DNA of 36,452 nucleotides, taken from positions 1-36,452 of the forward strand of contig CAZRQI010000003.1 in NCBI GenBank assembly GCA_964602025.1, in the 5' to 3' direction. The stretch comes from an uncultured Veillonellaceae bacterium. Its GTDB lineage: Bacteria; Bacillota; Negativicutes; UBA1444. Below the pieces are notes generated by a model. That model was not told the origin of the DNA. It did no database searches and saw only the letters and a program-made list of their open reading frames with translations. The position numbers were made by a program, and so were the translations under genes. Positions 17,687 to 27,101 of this stretch are shown one piece after another (the stretch's first letter is position 1; each line of letters begins with the position of its first letter).

Positions 17687-18136
17687 TTAGCTCAGCAATT
17701 CCTTGACGAGAGAATTGACCAGTTTACCATCCGCCCGGCCTTTGACCTTCGGCATCAACAAAGCCATTACTTTGCCCATGTCTTTCGGGCTGGAAGCCTG
17801 AGCATCCGTAACTGCCTGAGTCACTAATCTCCGGACTTCCGCCTCCGTCATCTGCTCTGGCAGATATTCCATCAAAATTGCGATTTCCTGTTCCAATGCC
17901 GCCAACAAATCCGGGCGATTCGCCTTGCGAAATTCTTCCAGGGAATCTTTCCGCATTTTGACTTCCTTGGCGACTACTTCGAGCAACTCGTTGTCATCCA
18001 GTTCCTTATGGCGGTCGATTTCAATATATTTGGCAGCCGAGCGAACCATACGGACAACAGACAATTTCAATTTGCCTGCTTCCTTATCTTTCATCGCCTG
18101 CTTCATATCTTCCGTCAACCGATCCCTAAGTGTCAT
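17687..18136 (-). CDS. yqeY: GatB/YqeY domain-containing protein
   Basis: 149 aa. MTLRDRLTEDMKQAMKDKE...LSVVRMV...EIAILMEYLPEQMTEAE is the typical YqeY pattern. It lies directly after rpsU, as in B. subtilis. Confidence 0.9.
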   Translation of the reverse strand: MTLRDRLTEDMKQAMKDKEAGKLKLSVVRMVRSAAKYIEIDRHKELDDNELLEVVAKEVKMRKDSLEEFRKANRPDLLAALEQEIAILMEYLPEQMTEAEVRRLVTQAVTDAQASSPKDMGKVMALLMPKVKGRADGKLVNSLVKELLS

Positions 18137-18152
18137 CGCTGGTTCCTCCGAA

Positions 18153-18329
18153 TCACTTGAACTTCCGTTTGCGTGCCGCTTCAGACTTCTTCTTCTTCTT
18201 CACGCTCGGTTTGTCATAGTGTTCGTGTTTGCGAACATCAGCCAATACCCCGGATTTCTGACAGGAGCGTTTGAACCGACGCAGTGCGCTATCCAGTGTT
18301 TCATTTTTTCCGACATAGACTTCCGACAA
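18153..18329 (-). CDS. rpsU: 30S ribosomal protein S21
   Basis: The track ORF starts at 18350. I prefer TTG 18329, which has GGAGGGAGGGAG 5 nt upstream. It gives (M)[57 protein letters not shown], a normal 58-aa S21. Confidence 0.9.
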   Translation of the reverse strand: MSEVYVGKNETLDSALRRFKRSCQKSGVLADVRKHEHYDKPSVKKKKKSEAARKRKFK

Positions 18330-18387
18330 TTGTTCTCCCTCCCTCCACATCAGCCTTCGGGGGGTTTAACTCTTTCTTACCAGCAGA

Positions 18388-18417
18388 ATTATACACGACA
18401 AGAGCGGTTCTTGTCAA
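18388..18417 (-). promoter_or_regulatory. Consensus sigma-A promoter of rpsU-yqeY
   Basis: On the minus strand, TTGACA (18417-18412), an 18-nt spacer, then TATAAT (18393-18388). A 7-bp inverted repeat, GACAAGA-N5-TCTTGTC (18397-18415), overlaps the -35 and the spacer. Confidence 0.65.
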
Positions 18418-18459
18418 ATGAAAGCGATATTTGGACGCCGAATCAACGCTCCCATTTTC

Positions 18460-19317
18460 TTATCGCCGGAGAGTCCACTCTTTCGAACGATACTTTTGCA
18501 CCAGTTCCTGCACGAGTTCCAGTTCCGGCAAGTCCCGTTGCGATCGTTTCAGATGCAACCCGCATTGCGCCGAAATCCCAGATGCCACCGCTGTTGCGAC
18601 TTCCATAAACGCAAACTGTTTCCCGGCTACAGCGTTCAATCCTGCCGCCCGTCGGGAAAGCTCCTCCAACAGCTTGCGCCGCCCCTCTGCCGCAGTAATA
18701 GCAAAAATATCAACCAATGATTCCGGGTCAAAATCCAGTAGAATTGAACCGTGTTGCAATAGTACTCCATCGCGTCGCGTTTGCGCGCTGCCGACAATTT
18801 TTCGTTCGCCGACCGTTAATTCATAATGCGACGGTGCATCAAAGCAGGCTGCTGAACGGAATGGAACAGCGGAAGAATTTCCTGCAGTGGGCCGGGGAAA
18901 GTGCAAGTTGGGCTCAACTCCCAAACTCGTCAAGCCGGCGGCGATACCGCGGCTAAAAAAGAGATAGGAAGCGGTTAACCCTTCAGGAATGTATGATTCG
19001 CTTTCCTTCACGACCAGGCTGTAGGTGACTTCCCTATCGTGCAGCACCGTCCGTCCGCCGCTTAGGCGCCGAACAACACGAATCCCCCGTTTTTCGCATT
19101 CTTCGAAGTCAACTTCCCGCCGCGCCTGTTGAAAATAGCCCAGACTAAGCGCAAGAGGTTGCCAGGAATAAAAGCGTAGCGAGGGCGGAATTTTTCCCGA
19201 CGCATGCAACTGCAGCATTGCTTCATCCGCCGCCATATTCCAGGCGGCATCGGCGGCATCATCGATCAGGAGCCGCCATTCGGCGGCTCCCTTGGAACAC
19301 ATTCCATTTGTCGGCAT
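18460..19317 (-). CDS. lipM: Lipoate-protein ligase family protein, LipM-like octanoyltransferase
   Basis: 285 aa. WNMAADEAML...IPPSLRFYSWQPLALSLGYFQ...VVRRLSGGRTVLHDREVTYSLVV is collinear with my recollection of B. subtilis LipM. The ATG directly abuts the gcvPB stop (TAGATG). Confidence 0.75.
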   Translation of the reverse strand: MPTNGMCSKGAAEWRLLIDDAADAAWNMAADEAMLQLHASGKIPPSLRFYSWQPLALSLGYFQQARREVDFEECEKRGIRVVRRLSGGRTVLHDREVTYSLVVKESESYIPEGLTASYLFFSRGIAAGLTSLGVEPNLHFPRPTAGNSSAVPFRSAACFDAPSHYELTVGERKIVGSAQTRRDGVLLQHGSILLDFDPESLVDIFAITAAEGRRKLLEELSRRAAGLNAVAGKQFAFMEVATAVASGISAQCGLHLKRSQRDLPELELVQELVQKYRSKEWTLRR

Positions 19318-20775
19318 CTACGCAGGTTTCCATCGCAAATTCGGTTTTCGGGCCGCCGTCGCCTCATCCAGACGGCCGACAACGGTTGTTGATGGCGCCT
19401 GGCGGATCAGTTCTGGCGCAAGAGCTGCTTCTTCCGCAATCCGCCGCATGATCGAGACAAAGGAATCCAGCGTCTCCCGGCTTTCCGTTTCCGTCGGCTC
19501 GATCATCAACGCTTCTTCCACAATCAACGGGAAATAAATCGTGGGTGGATGGACTCCGTAATCCAGTAGGCGCTTGGCAATATCCAAAGTCCGGATTCCC
19601 TGCGGATTTTGTTTTTTCGAAGTTAGAACACATTCATGCATGCAATGCCTGTCGAATGGCGCATCATAGACATCCCGCAGCCGCGCCAGGCAATAGTTGG
19701 CGTTCAACACCGCATCTTCGCTCGCCTGCCGCAGTCCCGCCGCCCCCATCGTGAGGATATAGGCATAGGCCCGGACAAGCACGCCGAAATTTCCATAAAA
19801 AGAATGCATCCGACCGATCGACAACGGACGTTGCTCGTCAAAACAGTATGTCCCATCTTCTTTTTGCACCACCACCGGCTTGGGCAGGAATGGTTCCAAA
19901 ATTTTCTTCACCCCAACCGGCCCTGCCCCCGGACCGCCGCCGCCATGCGGAGTGCTGAACGTTTTGTGCAAATTAAAATGCACAACATCAAACCCCATGT
20001 CGCCAGGCCGCGTCAATCCCATTATCGCGTTGGCATTAGCGCCGTCATAATATACGAGCCCGCCGGCATTATGGACAATTTCCGTCACTTCACAGATATT
20101 TTTTTCGAATAGTCCCAACGTGCTGGGATTCGTCAGCATCAAAGCCGCAGTATCCGGTCCTACGGCCGCTTTTAGCGCAGCCAGATCAATGGCTCCATCA
20201 GGATGCGACTTGATTTCCACCACATTCATCCCGCAGACGGTCACCGACGCCGGATTGGTGCCATGGGCAGAGTCCGGTACAATCACCTGCGAGCGCTGAT
20301 CACCCCGCTGACGATGATAGGCGCGAATCAGTTTCAACCCGGTCAATTCGCCATGTGCGCCGGCCACCGGCTGCAACGTCACCGCATCCATCCCGGCGAT
20401 CTCCGCCAGCATGGCCTGCAGATCGAACATCAGCTTCAATGCCCCCTGCGTGTCCCGTACATCTTCCAACGGGTGCAGTCCGCTCAGCGCCGGCATGGCG
20501 GCGATATCTTCATTGATTTTGGGATTATACTTCATGGTACAGGAGCCCAGCGGATAAAAGCCCGAATCCACGCCAAACGTCCGTTGTGACAATCCCGTAA
20601 AGTGGCGGACCAGATCCATTTGGCTAACTTCCGGCAACGCAGCCGGTTCCTGCCGCAAAAAATCCGGCGGAATCAAAGAATCGACCGCTACCGGCGGCAC
20701 ATCCGACATCGGCAAATCGACCGCCCGCCGCCCAGGACAGGTTCGCTCAAAAATCAGGTCGGCTGCCTTTCTCAT
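19318..20775 (-). CDS. gcvPB: Glycine dehydrogenase (decarboxylating) subunit 2
   Basis: 485 aa. [11 protein letters not shown] and the PLP-lysine context [18 protein letters not shown] are characteristic. It overlaps the gcvPA stop by 4 nt (ATGA). Confidence 0.95.
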   Translation of the reverse strand: MRKAADLIFERTCPGRRAVDLPMSDVPPVAVDSLIPPDFLRQEPAALPEVSQMDLVRHFTGLSQRTFGVDSGFYPLGSCTMKYNPKINEDIAAMPALSGLHPLEDVRDTQGALKLMFDLQAMLAEIAGMDAVTLQPVAGAHGELTGLKLIRAYHRQRGDQRSQVIVPDSAHGTNPASVTVCGMNVVEIKSHPDGAIDLAALKAAVGPDTAALMLTNPSTLGLFEKNICEVTEIVHNAGGLVYYDGANANAIMGLTRPGDMGFDVVHFNLHKTFSTPHGGGGPGAGPVGVKKILEPFLPKPVVVQKEDGTYCFDEQRPLSIGRMHSFYGNFGVLVRAYAYILTMGAAGLRQASEDAVLNANYCLARLRDVYDAPFDRHCMHECVLTSKKQNPQGIRTLDIAKRLLDYGVHPPTIYFPLIVEEALMIEPTETESRETLDSFVSIMRRIAEEAALAPELIRQAPSTTVVGRLDEATAARKPNLRWKPA

Positions 20776-22124
20776 GCCGTCACCTCCTTCAGCATTCCCG
20801 CCAATAGTTCAATTTCTTCATGCGTTCGTTTTTCCGTTACCGCCGTCAGCATGCACCCGGCAAGTTCCGGATAATATTTCCCCAGATCAAGTCCCGCCAC
20901 GATTCCGGCTTCCCGCAATTCCCCGTTGATTTCAGCCGGCGGCAGCGGACACCGGACAACAAATTCATTGAAGAACGGCTGGGAAAAGACCGGTTCGAAT
21001 CCGGGAATCCCTAAAATTGTAGTTTGGGCAAAGTGAGCTTTTTGCAGGCACAAATTCGCTACTTCGGGCAACCCTTGCTTGCCCAGGGCCGTTAAATAGA
21101 CGGCAACCGCCAGCGAACACAGCGCTTCGTTCGAACAAACGTTTGAAGTCGCCTTGTCCCGGCGAATATGCTGTTCCCGAGCCTGAATCGTCAGAACAAA
21201 ACCCCGGGTTCCTTCTGCGTCGACCGTCTGGCCGACGATGCGTCCTGGCGTACGGCGCAGCCATTTGTCCCGAGTCGCTAAAAAGCCGATATAGGGGCCG
21301 CCAAACGACAACGACAAACCCAGCGTCTGCCCTTCCCCCACGACGATGTCGGCGCCGAGAGCACCCGGAGCTTCGAGCATCCCAAGAGATATGGGGTTCA
21401 CGGCCGCAATGAACAACGCTCCCTGGGTTTGCGTGGCTCGAATCATTTCCCGCAAGTTTTCGACGCAGCCAAAGAAATTTGGGTTCTGGCAAATGACAGC
21501 CGCCGTTTTTTCATTGACCCTTTCGGTGATTGCCGCTAACGAAGTGACTCCCTCAGCGTATTCAATCACACGGACATCGATATCGCGATCTTGCATATAG
21601 GTCGCCAATACTTCGCGCCAATGCGGATGAACGGTGCTGGAAATCAGGATCTCCCTGCGTCCGGTAATGCCGCATGCCATCAATGCCGCTTCCGCCATCG
21701 CCGTAGCCCCATCGTAAAGCGAGGTTACCGCCATTTCCATCCCGGTCAATAAACAGATCAGGCTCTGATACTCCCATAATACTTGGAGGTATCCCTGGGA
21801 TATTTCCGGTTGATATTGGGTATAGGCGGTCAAAAATTCCGAGCGGGTCATCATATGTTTTACCACGCTGGGAATATAATGATCATAGGCGCCGGCGCCA
21901 AGAAAATAAAGCGACTCTTCAAAATCCCGCTCCTGAAGCGACAATTCCTGCATATGCGCCTTCAGTTCCATTTCCGACAATGGGCCGGACAGATTAAGCG
22001 GCCGCTTCATGCGGACGGCGGAAGGAATGTCGGCAAACAATTCTTCGACCGAATTGACGCCGATTTTTTCAATCATGGCGCGCCGATCCTCCGCCGTATG
22101 GGGAAGATAGCTCCAGGCATTCAC
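20772..22124 (-). CDS. gcvPA: Glycine dehydrogenase (decarboxylating) subunit 1
   Basis: The track ORF starts at 22145. I prefer GTG 22124, which has AGGGAGG 8 nt upstream and lies 1 nt after the gcvH stop. It gives (M)[22 protein letters not shown], the usual GcvPA N-terminus. Confidence 0.95.
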   Translation of the reverse strand: MNAWSYLPHTAEDRRAMIEKIGVNSVEELFADIPSAVRMKRPLNLSGPLSEMELKAHMQELSLQERDFEESLYFLGAGAYDHYIPSVVKHMMTRSEFLTAYTQYQPEISQGYLQVLWEYQSLICLLTGMEMAVTSLYDGATAMAEAALMACGITGRREILISSTVHPHWREVLATYMQDRDIDVRVIEYAEGVTSLAAITERVNEKTAAVICQNPNFFGCVENLREMIRATQTQGALFIAAVNPISLGMLEAPGALGADIVVGEGQTLGLSLSFGGPYIGFLATRDKWLRRTPGRIVGQTVDAEGTRGFVLTIQAREQHIRRDKATSNVCSNEALCSLAVAVYLTALGKQGLPEVANLCLQKAHFAQTTILGIPGFEPVFSQPFFNEFVVRCPLPPAEINGELREAGIVAGLDLGKYYPELAGCMLTAVTEKRTHEEIELLAGMLKEVTA

Positions 22125-22125
22125 G

Positions 22126-22515
22126 TTAGTGGCCTCCCTTCGCAACTTGCGCCGCGTAAGCTTCGCTGTCCATCAATTCGGTTAATCCGGCGGCATCCGT
22201 CAGCTCCAGGACAGCAATCCAGCCCTGGCCGTATGGATCCTGATTCACCTTTTCCGGCGCATCGTTGAGGGTTTCATTGATTTCCACCACCGTTCCGTTA
22301 ACGGGAGCAAAAATGTCCGAAACCGCCTTTACCGATTCGACAACCGAAAACCGTTTGCCGGCAACAGCCGCAGCGCCTACAGTCGGCAATTCAACAAACA
22401 CAACGTCTCCCAGCTGGGACTGCGCAAAATCTGTAATTCCCACCACCGCTTTGTTGCCTTCGAGCCGGACCCATTCATGTTCTTTGGAATACTTAAGATT
22501 GGTTGGAAATTGCAT
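22126..22515 (-). CDS. gcvH: Glycine cleavage system H protein
   Basis: 129 aa. YSKEHEWVR plus the lipoyl-lysine motif ESVKAVSDI. Confidence 0.95.
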   Translation of the reverse strand: MQFPTNLKYSKEHEWVRLEGNKAVVGITDFAQSQLGDVVFVELPTVGAAAVAGKRFSVVESVKAVSDIFAPVNGTVVEINETLNDAPEKVNQDPYGQGWIAVLELTDAAGLTELMDSEAYAAQVAKGGH

Positions 22516-22517
22516 TA

Positions 22518-23618
22518 TTATTTCCCCCTTTTATAAAATGGTCTGCTGATAGTTACTGCCTGAACCGGTTTTTCGCGAATCTCAATGGAAATCTCTGTTC
22601 CCAGGGGACCGATATTGGCGTCGACCAAAGCCATTCCTAGATTTTTACCCAACGTTGGCGCAAAACTGCCGGAAGTCACATGTCCAATCTGCTCTCCATT
22701 CTTCAAGACCAGATAACCCGCTCGAGCCACGCCGCGTTCCAGCATCTCAAACCCAACGATTTTTCGTTTTACGCCGTGTTCCTTTTGTTCCAGCAAAATT
22801 TCCCTGCCAAAAAACTCTCCCTTATCGAAGGAGACAAACCGGGATAAGCCCGCCTCCAGCGGGGAAATATCCGCGGACAGCTCGTGTCCGTATAGTGGCA
22901 TCGCCGCTTCAAACCGCAGCGTATCGCGGCATCCCAGCCCGGTCGGTTGAAGTCCGGCAGGGCGTCCGGCCGCCAACACTGCATCCCATACGGATTCGGC
23001 GTTGGGATACGAGCAATAAATTTCGAACCCATCTTCCCCTGTATAACCGGTTCGGGAAATCAAAACCTCCACTCCGGCCAACGACAGCTTCGGCGCAAAT
23101 TCATAGTAACCAAGCTGTTCAATCTCCGGACCAACCAGACCGGACAGAATCCCGGCAGCTGCAGGCCCTTGCAGGGCCACCTCCGCCGTTTCATCGGAAT
23201 CATCTGATATGACTGCCGAAAAACCCGCCGCATTTTCCGTAATCCAGTTCAAATCCTTATCCTTGTTCGAAGCATTGACAACCAACCAGTACTCCTCGGC
23301 AAAAAGTCGATATACCAGTACATCGTCCACCGTTCCCCCCGTCGGATAGCACATGGGCGAATACCGGACACTGCCATCCTTCATCCCGTCCAATGTATTG
23401 GTCAGGATCTTCTGCAAACAGGCAAACGCTTCCGCACCTTTTACCCGAATTTCCCCCATATGGGAAACATCAAAAATCCCGGCGTGTTCACGAACCGCCC
23501 GGTGTTCTTCCAGAATCCCTGCATACTGTACCGGCAGCCACCAGCCGGCGAAATCCACGACCCGGGCGCCTGCCCCGACATGTTTTTCATAGAGCGGAGT
23601 CTTACGGGGTTCCGTCAA
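22518..23618 (-). CDS. gcvT: Glycine cleavage system aminomethyltransferase T
   Basis: The track ORF starts at 23636, and that TTG lies inside the SD. I prefer TTG 23618, which has GAGGAGG 9 nt upstream. It gives (M)TEPRKTPLYEKHVGAGARVVDFAGW, a typical GcvT start. Confidence 0.95.
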   Translation of the reverse strand: MTEPRKTPLYEKHVGAGARVVDFAGWWLPVQYAGILEEHRAVREHAGIFDVSHMGEIRVKGAEAFACLQKILTNTLDGMKDGSVRYSPMCYPTGGTVDDVLVYRLFAEEYWLVVNASNKDKDLNWITENAAGFSAVISDDSDETAEVALQGPAAAGILSGLVGPEIEQLGYYEFAPKLSLAGVEVLISRTGYTGEDGFEIYCSYPNAESVWDAVLAAGRPAGLQPTGLGCRDTLRFEAAMPLYGHELSADISPLEAGLSRFVSFDKGEFFGREILLEQKEHGVKRKIVGFEMLERGVARAGYLVLKNGEQIGHVTSGSFAPTLGKNLGMALVDANIGPLGTEISIEIREKPVQAVTISRPFYKRGK

Positions 23619-23650
23619 GTTCTTGCACCTCCTCAAAAAATTTCAGCCAT

Positions 23651-23860
23651 AAAAAAAGAGACAGGAAAAACCAATTTTTCTCCTGTCTCTGTCTTGCCTA
23701 CCTGAGAGATTAGCCTGTCGGCTCCCCATCGGTGACGCCCGCCTCCTTCGGCGACGTTCTCTCCAGAGTCTGGTCCGGTTGCAGTTCTTTTGCCTGAGAG
23801 TTTGCCAGGTCAGCCTGCCCCTTCGGCGCCGCCATTTGCTGCGAGCTCTTCCGCAACCAT
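23651..23860 (-). promoter_or_regulatory. Tandem glycine riboswitch (two aptamers) with terminator expression platform
   Basis: Minus-strand RNA elements:
- Aptamer 1: CGGAAGAG...GCGCCGAAGGGGCA...CUCUCAGGCAAAAGAAC.
- Aptamer 2: CUCUGGAGAG...CGCCGAAGGAGGC...UCUCUCAGG.
- Terminator: AGAGACAGGA(G)-loop-(U)UCCUGUCUCU followed by UUUUUUU (23690-23651). Confidence 0.85.
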
Positions 23861-24004
23861 CATCCCGCTATATTCGATTGTATGACGGAAATTTGCATTA
23901 TCGTATTAATAGGACTAATTCGAAATGACTTGCAAAAATCCTTCTTGTTGTCGCAAAAAACGGATAGCTTGTCCATCACTTTCCCTTGCGGCAAAGAATC
24001 TTCC

Positions 24005-25576
24005 TCATTTTTCGAAACCCTCGACAGGAAAAGCAATGCCATATTTTTTCAACTTTTTCAACGCCGCTGTATGCGAAATTCCCAGCGCTGCTCCCAGCTT
24101 TCGCGAGGAACGATGCACACGGATCGCCTGAAGCAGTGCTTCCCGTTCGGTTTCCGCCACCGCCTCTCCCAACCGCGGAAATCCTGCGTCAGAAATCGGC
24201 GCCGAATTTGTAGTTGCACTACCCTGCACCAAGACATGATTGGCCAAAATTACTGGCCCGTCCACAAGATTTACCGCACGTTCCACGACATTTTCCAATT
24301 CACGGATATTGCCCGGCCAGGCATACCGAATCAGCTTGGCCATCGCCACTTCCCCTACAAGGGGAACAGGTTTTTTCATCCGGGCGGCGAACCGGCGCAG
24401 AAACAAATCCACTAATAGCGGAATATCCTCGGGCCGCTCGCGTAATGGCGGCAAAAACAGAGGAATGACATTCAACCGGTAATACAGGTCTTCCCGAAAC
24501 AATCCCCGCACCATCAGGTCTTCCAGATTGCGATGCGTCGCCGCCATCAACCGCACATTCACATTGATTTCTTTGGTTCCGCCCACGCGACGGACCTTGC
24601 CATCCTGCAGAATCCGTAGAAGTTTTGCCTGGAGGGAACTGGAAAGTTCCGCCACTTCGTCCAGCAAGACCGTGCCGCCTGCGGCATATTCAAACAGGCC
24701 TTTTTTACCGCCTTTAGCCGCGCCGGAAAAAGCTCCTTCCTCATAACCAAACAATTCACTTTCCAGCAAATGATCCGGAATCGCCGCACAGTTGATCGGC
24801 ACAAACATCCGGGCGGCGCGCGGCGAAGCTTCATGGATCGCCCGGGCGAACATTTCCTTGCCGGTTCCCGTTTCCCCCCGCAACAATACGGTGGAATCCC
24901 CACGGGCAATCGTCTTGGCCATGGCAACCGCCCGCTTCATGGCCGTACTTTCATGCAATATCCGTTCAAAGGCGGTTGGCATCTGGCCCGTAACCGACTG
25001 CACCAATTCCCGGATCTCGCTGATGTCTTTCAAAACAGCCACCGCGCCGATAATGCGCCCGCCGGGGTCAAAAATGGGACGACCGCTTGCCAAATAGTGA
25101 CTTTTTGTCTGCTCTAGGACAATTTCCCGGTTATTGTACGAAACGCCGGTTTGCAACGTATCCAACAAGGGCATGTCGGCCGGCAGACACGCGGTCAAAT
25201 GACACCCGATGATTTTTTCCCGCGCCAAGTGCAGGATCGTTTCCGCAGCCGGATTGTATTGCGTCACCACTCCGCCGGCATCAATCGCCACGATTCCATC
25301 GCTGACCGCCGTCATGACCGCCTTTAACTGTTCTGTACGAACTTGGTGCGGCATTAAATCGACAGGCACTACATCCAAAATCTGCGGAATCGACAGCAGA
25401 GCCGTGGTCACTTCCTGGCGGACCACGTCCGGCATGGCCTCCAATTCCAGATAAGTAACGTTCGGCTCTACTTCCATGGAAACAATATTAATCTGCCGGC
25501 TCACCAGCGTATGGGAAATATCCAACACCAAACCAACCCGGTCAACATTGGGCAATTTTAGACGAACGGTTTCCAT
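24005..25576 (-). CDS. Sigma-54-dependent transcriptional activator (ACT - PAS - AAA+ - Fis-type HTH; TyrR-like architecture)
   Basis: The track ORF starts at 25606. I prefer ATG 25576, which has GAGGAGG 8 nt upstream and puts the ACT domain (METVRLKLPNVDRVGLVLDIS) at the N-terminus. Walker A is GETGTGKE. ESELFGYEEGAFSGA is a GAFTGA-type sigma-54 contact loop. The C-terminal HTH is RKLGAALGISHTAALKKLKKYGI. Confidence 0.85.
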   Translation of the reverse strand: METVRLKLPNVDRVGLVLDISHTLVSRQINIVSMEVEPNVTYLELEAMPDVVRQEVTTALLSIPQILDVVPVDLMPHQVRTEQLKAVMTAVSDGIVAIDAGGVVTQYNPAAETILHLAREKIIGCHLTACLPADMPLLDTLQTGVSYNNREIVLEQTKSHYLASGRPIFDPGGRIIGAVAVLKDISEIRELVQSVTGQMPTAFERILHESTAMKRAVAMAKTIARGDSTVLLRGETGTGKEMFARAIHEASPRAARMFVPINCAAIPDHLLESELFGYEEGAFSGAAKGGKKGLFEYAAGGTVLLDEVAELSSSLQAKLLRILQDGKVRRVGGTKEINVNVRLMAATHRNLEDLMVRGLFREDLYYRLNVIPLFLPPLRERPEDIPLLVDLFLRRFAARMKKPVPLVGEVAMAKLIRYAWPGNIRELENVVERAVNLVDGPVILANHVLVQGSATTNSAPISDAGFPRLGEAVAETEREALLQAIRVHRSSRKLGAALGISHTAALKKLKKYGIAFPVEGFEK

Positions 25577-25619
25577 CGCATGCGCCTCCTCTACCCGGCG
25601 GCGCATGCCATCCCCCCCC

Positions 25620-26735
25620 TTACAGCAAGCAGTCCAAAGAGGTGTAAGGAAGGTTCAGGGCTTCGGCCACCGCCTGATATGTCAAATGTCCATCCGTAAC
25701 GTTGATTCCCTTGGCGAATCCCGGGTTTTCCTTCGCCATTGTCTTCCAGCCGCGTCCAGCAATCTGCAGAGCGTACTGAATAGTAACATTCGTCAGCGCC
25801 AGAGTAGATGTCCGGGCTACGGCGCCCGGCATGTTGGCGACTGCGTAGTGGATAACGCCGTGTTTCGTAAATGTCGGACTGCTATGGGTGGTGACGTGAT
25901 CGGAGGTTTCCACGCAACCTCCCTGGTCAATCGCCACATCGACAATTACAGAACCGGGTTCCATCGCCTGAACCATTTTCTCTGTCACCAATTTTGGCGC
26001 CTTGGCGCCATGAATCAGCACCGCGCCGATTACCAAGTCGGCGTCGCGTGTGCATGCCGCAATGTTATAACGATTGGAAATGACGGTAGCAACCTGCCCC
26101 ATGAACAAATCATCCAACTGACGCAGCCGCTCCGCCGAACTGTCGATCACCGTGACCCGGGCGCCCATGCCGTGCGCGATGCGGGCCGCGTTCGTCCCGA
26201 CAATGCCTCCCCCGACAACAACCACGCGGCCGGCTGCCACACCGGGAACCCCACCCAAAAGCACGCCTTTTCCGCCCTCATGTTTTTCGAGGAAATGGGC
26301 GCCGATTTGCGTCGCCATTCTGCCGGCGATTTCACTCATCGGAATCAGTAACGGCAAACTTCGGTTCGCTGTTTCAATCGTCTCGTAAGCGATCCCTGTA
26401 ACTTTCGCCTTCAGCAGCGCTTCCGTCAGTTCCGGCTCTGGCGCCAGATGCAGATACGTGAACAAAATCTGTCCGGCATGGAAAAGTCCGTATTCCGGCG
26501 GCAGAGGTTCCTTGACCTTCATGATCATTTCCGACAAATCAAAGAGTTTTTGTTTGTCCCCGACGATTTCCGCGCCAGCACTTGCATACGCCTCATCGGC
26601 AAACCCGCTGCCGATCCCGGCTCCCGCTTCTACCAACACCCTGTGGCCAGTGTTATGCAATTCTTCCGCTCCCGCCGGAGTCAACGCCACCCGGTTCTCA
26701 TTGTTTTTGATTTCTTTTGCTACGCCAATAATCAT
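25620..26735 (-). CDS. ald: Alanine dehydrogenase
   Basis: 371 aa. [22 protein letters not shown], a Rossmann motif [14 protein letters not shown], and the overall AlaDH/PNT pattern. Confidence 0.95.
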   Translation of the reverse strand: MIIGVAKEIKNNENRVALTPAGAEELHNTGHRVLVEAGAGIGSGFADEAYASAGAEIVGDKQKLFDLSEMIMKVKEPLPPEYGLFHAGQILFTYLHLAPEPELTEALLKAKVTGIAYETIETANRSLPLLIPMSEIAGRMATQIGAHFLEKHEGGKGVLLGGVPGVAAGRVVVVGGGIVGTNAARIAHGMGARVTVIDSSAERLRQLDDLFMGQVATVISNRYNIAACTRDADLVIGAVLIHGAKAPKLVTEKMVQAMEPGSVIVDVAIDQGGCVETSDHVTTHSSPTFTKHGVIHYAVANMPGAVARTSTLALTNVTIQYALQIAGRGWKTMAKENPGFAKGINVTDGHLTYQAVAEALNLPYTSLDCLL

Positions 26736-26787
26736 GCTTATTGCCTCCGTTTCATATACTCAAGGTTGTCCTCAGGTACAAAACTAT

Positions 26788-26803
26788 TGCAATAATCATG
26801 CCA
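26788..26803 (-). promoter_or_regulatory. Sigma-54 (-24/-12) promoter upstream of ald
   Basis: The minus strand reads TGGCAT-GATTA-TTGCA, against the consensus TGGCAC-N5-TTGCW. Its 3' end is 52 nt upstream of the ald ATG. A sigma-54 activator is encoded in the same transcription unit. Confidence 0.7.
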
Positions 26804-27055
26804 GGTTCTCCGACAACGCCGAAATCTATTCGAAATCGATCAGATTACTCCGCGCAAAAGGCTGGCTATATAAGCGCTCATCACGGTTTTGGTTCAGCCC
26901 ATTACCCCTTGGAACGAGTTATTGACTCGATAAATAGTTGAGATCGGCAGAAAAAATTGAACCCGTGACAATCAAATTCATCGCAATTTTGTAGCAAATA
27001 GTTTCCACAATCGTAAACTTATCATTCCGTAACGGAAATATTTGTTTCCACATAT

Positions 27056-27093
27056 CCCAAAAGAAATCCTTCTTTCGATAAGAAAGAAGGATT
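27056..27093 (-). terminator. Rho-independent terminator after the EAL-HDOD gene
   Basis: AATCCTTCTTTC (27065-27076) pairs with GAAAGAAGGATT (27082-27093) around a 5-nt loop. On the minus strand the stem is followed by TCTTTTGG. It starts 8 nt after the stop codon. Confidence 0.7.
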
Positions 27094-27101
27094 CGGAAAA
27101 A

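Noticed and set aside
18397-18415. 7-bp inverted repeat GACAAGA-N5-TCTTGTC inside the rpsU promoter
   Set aside because: It is short, and it overlaps a consensus -35 element whose sequence alone explains half of it. There is no supporting evidence for an operator, so I noted it only in the promoter feature.
20991-21006. tRNA T-arm-like sequence CCGGTTCGAATCCGG
   Set aside because: It lies inside the well-conserved gcvPA coding frame, where it encodes ..GFEPV.. on the minus strand. No acceptor, D or anticodon arms flank it. It is a coincidental match.
25476-26351. 291-aa plus-strand ORF
   Set aside because: It is antisense to ald and the start of the sigma-54 activator, both strongly recognisable. 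Its His/Arg-rich composition is typical of a reverse-frame artefact.
27001-27052. 9-mer direct repeat GTTTCCACA x2, 43 bp apart, upstream of the sigma-54 promoter
   Set aside because: I mention it as a possible enhancer site but do not call it as a feature. One 9-mer repeat within about 250 bp has an appreciable chance probability, roughly 0.1 by my estimate, and I see no dyad symmetry.
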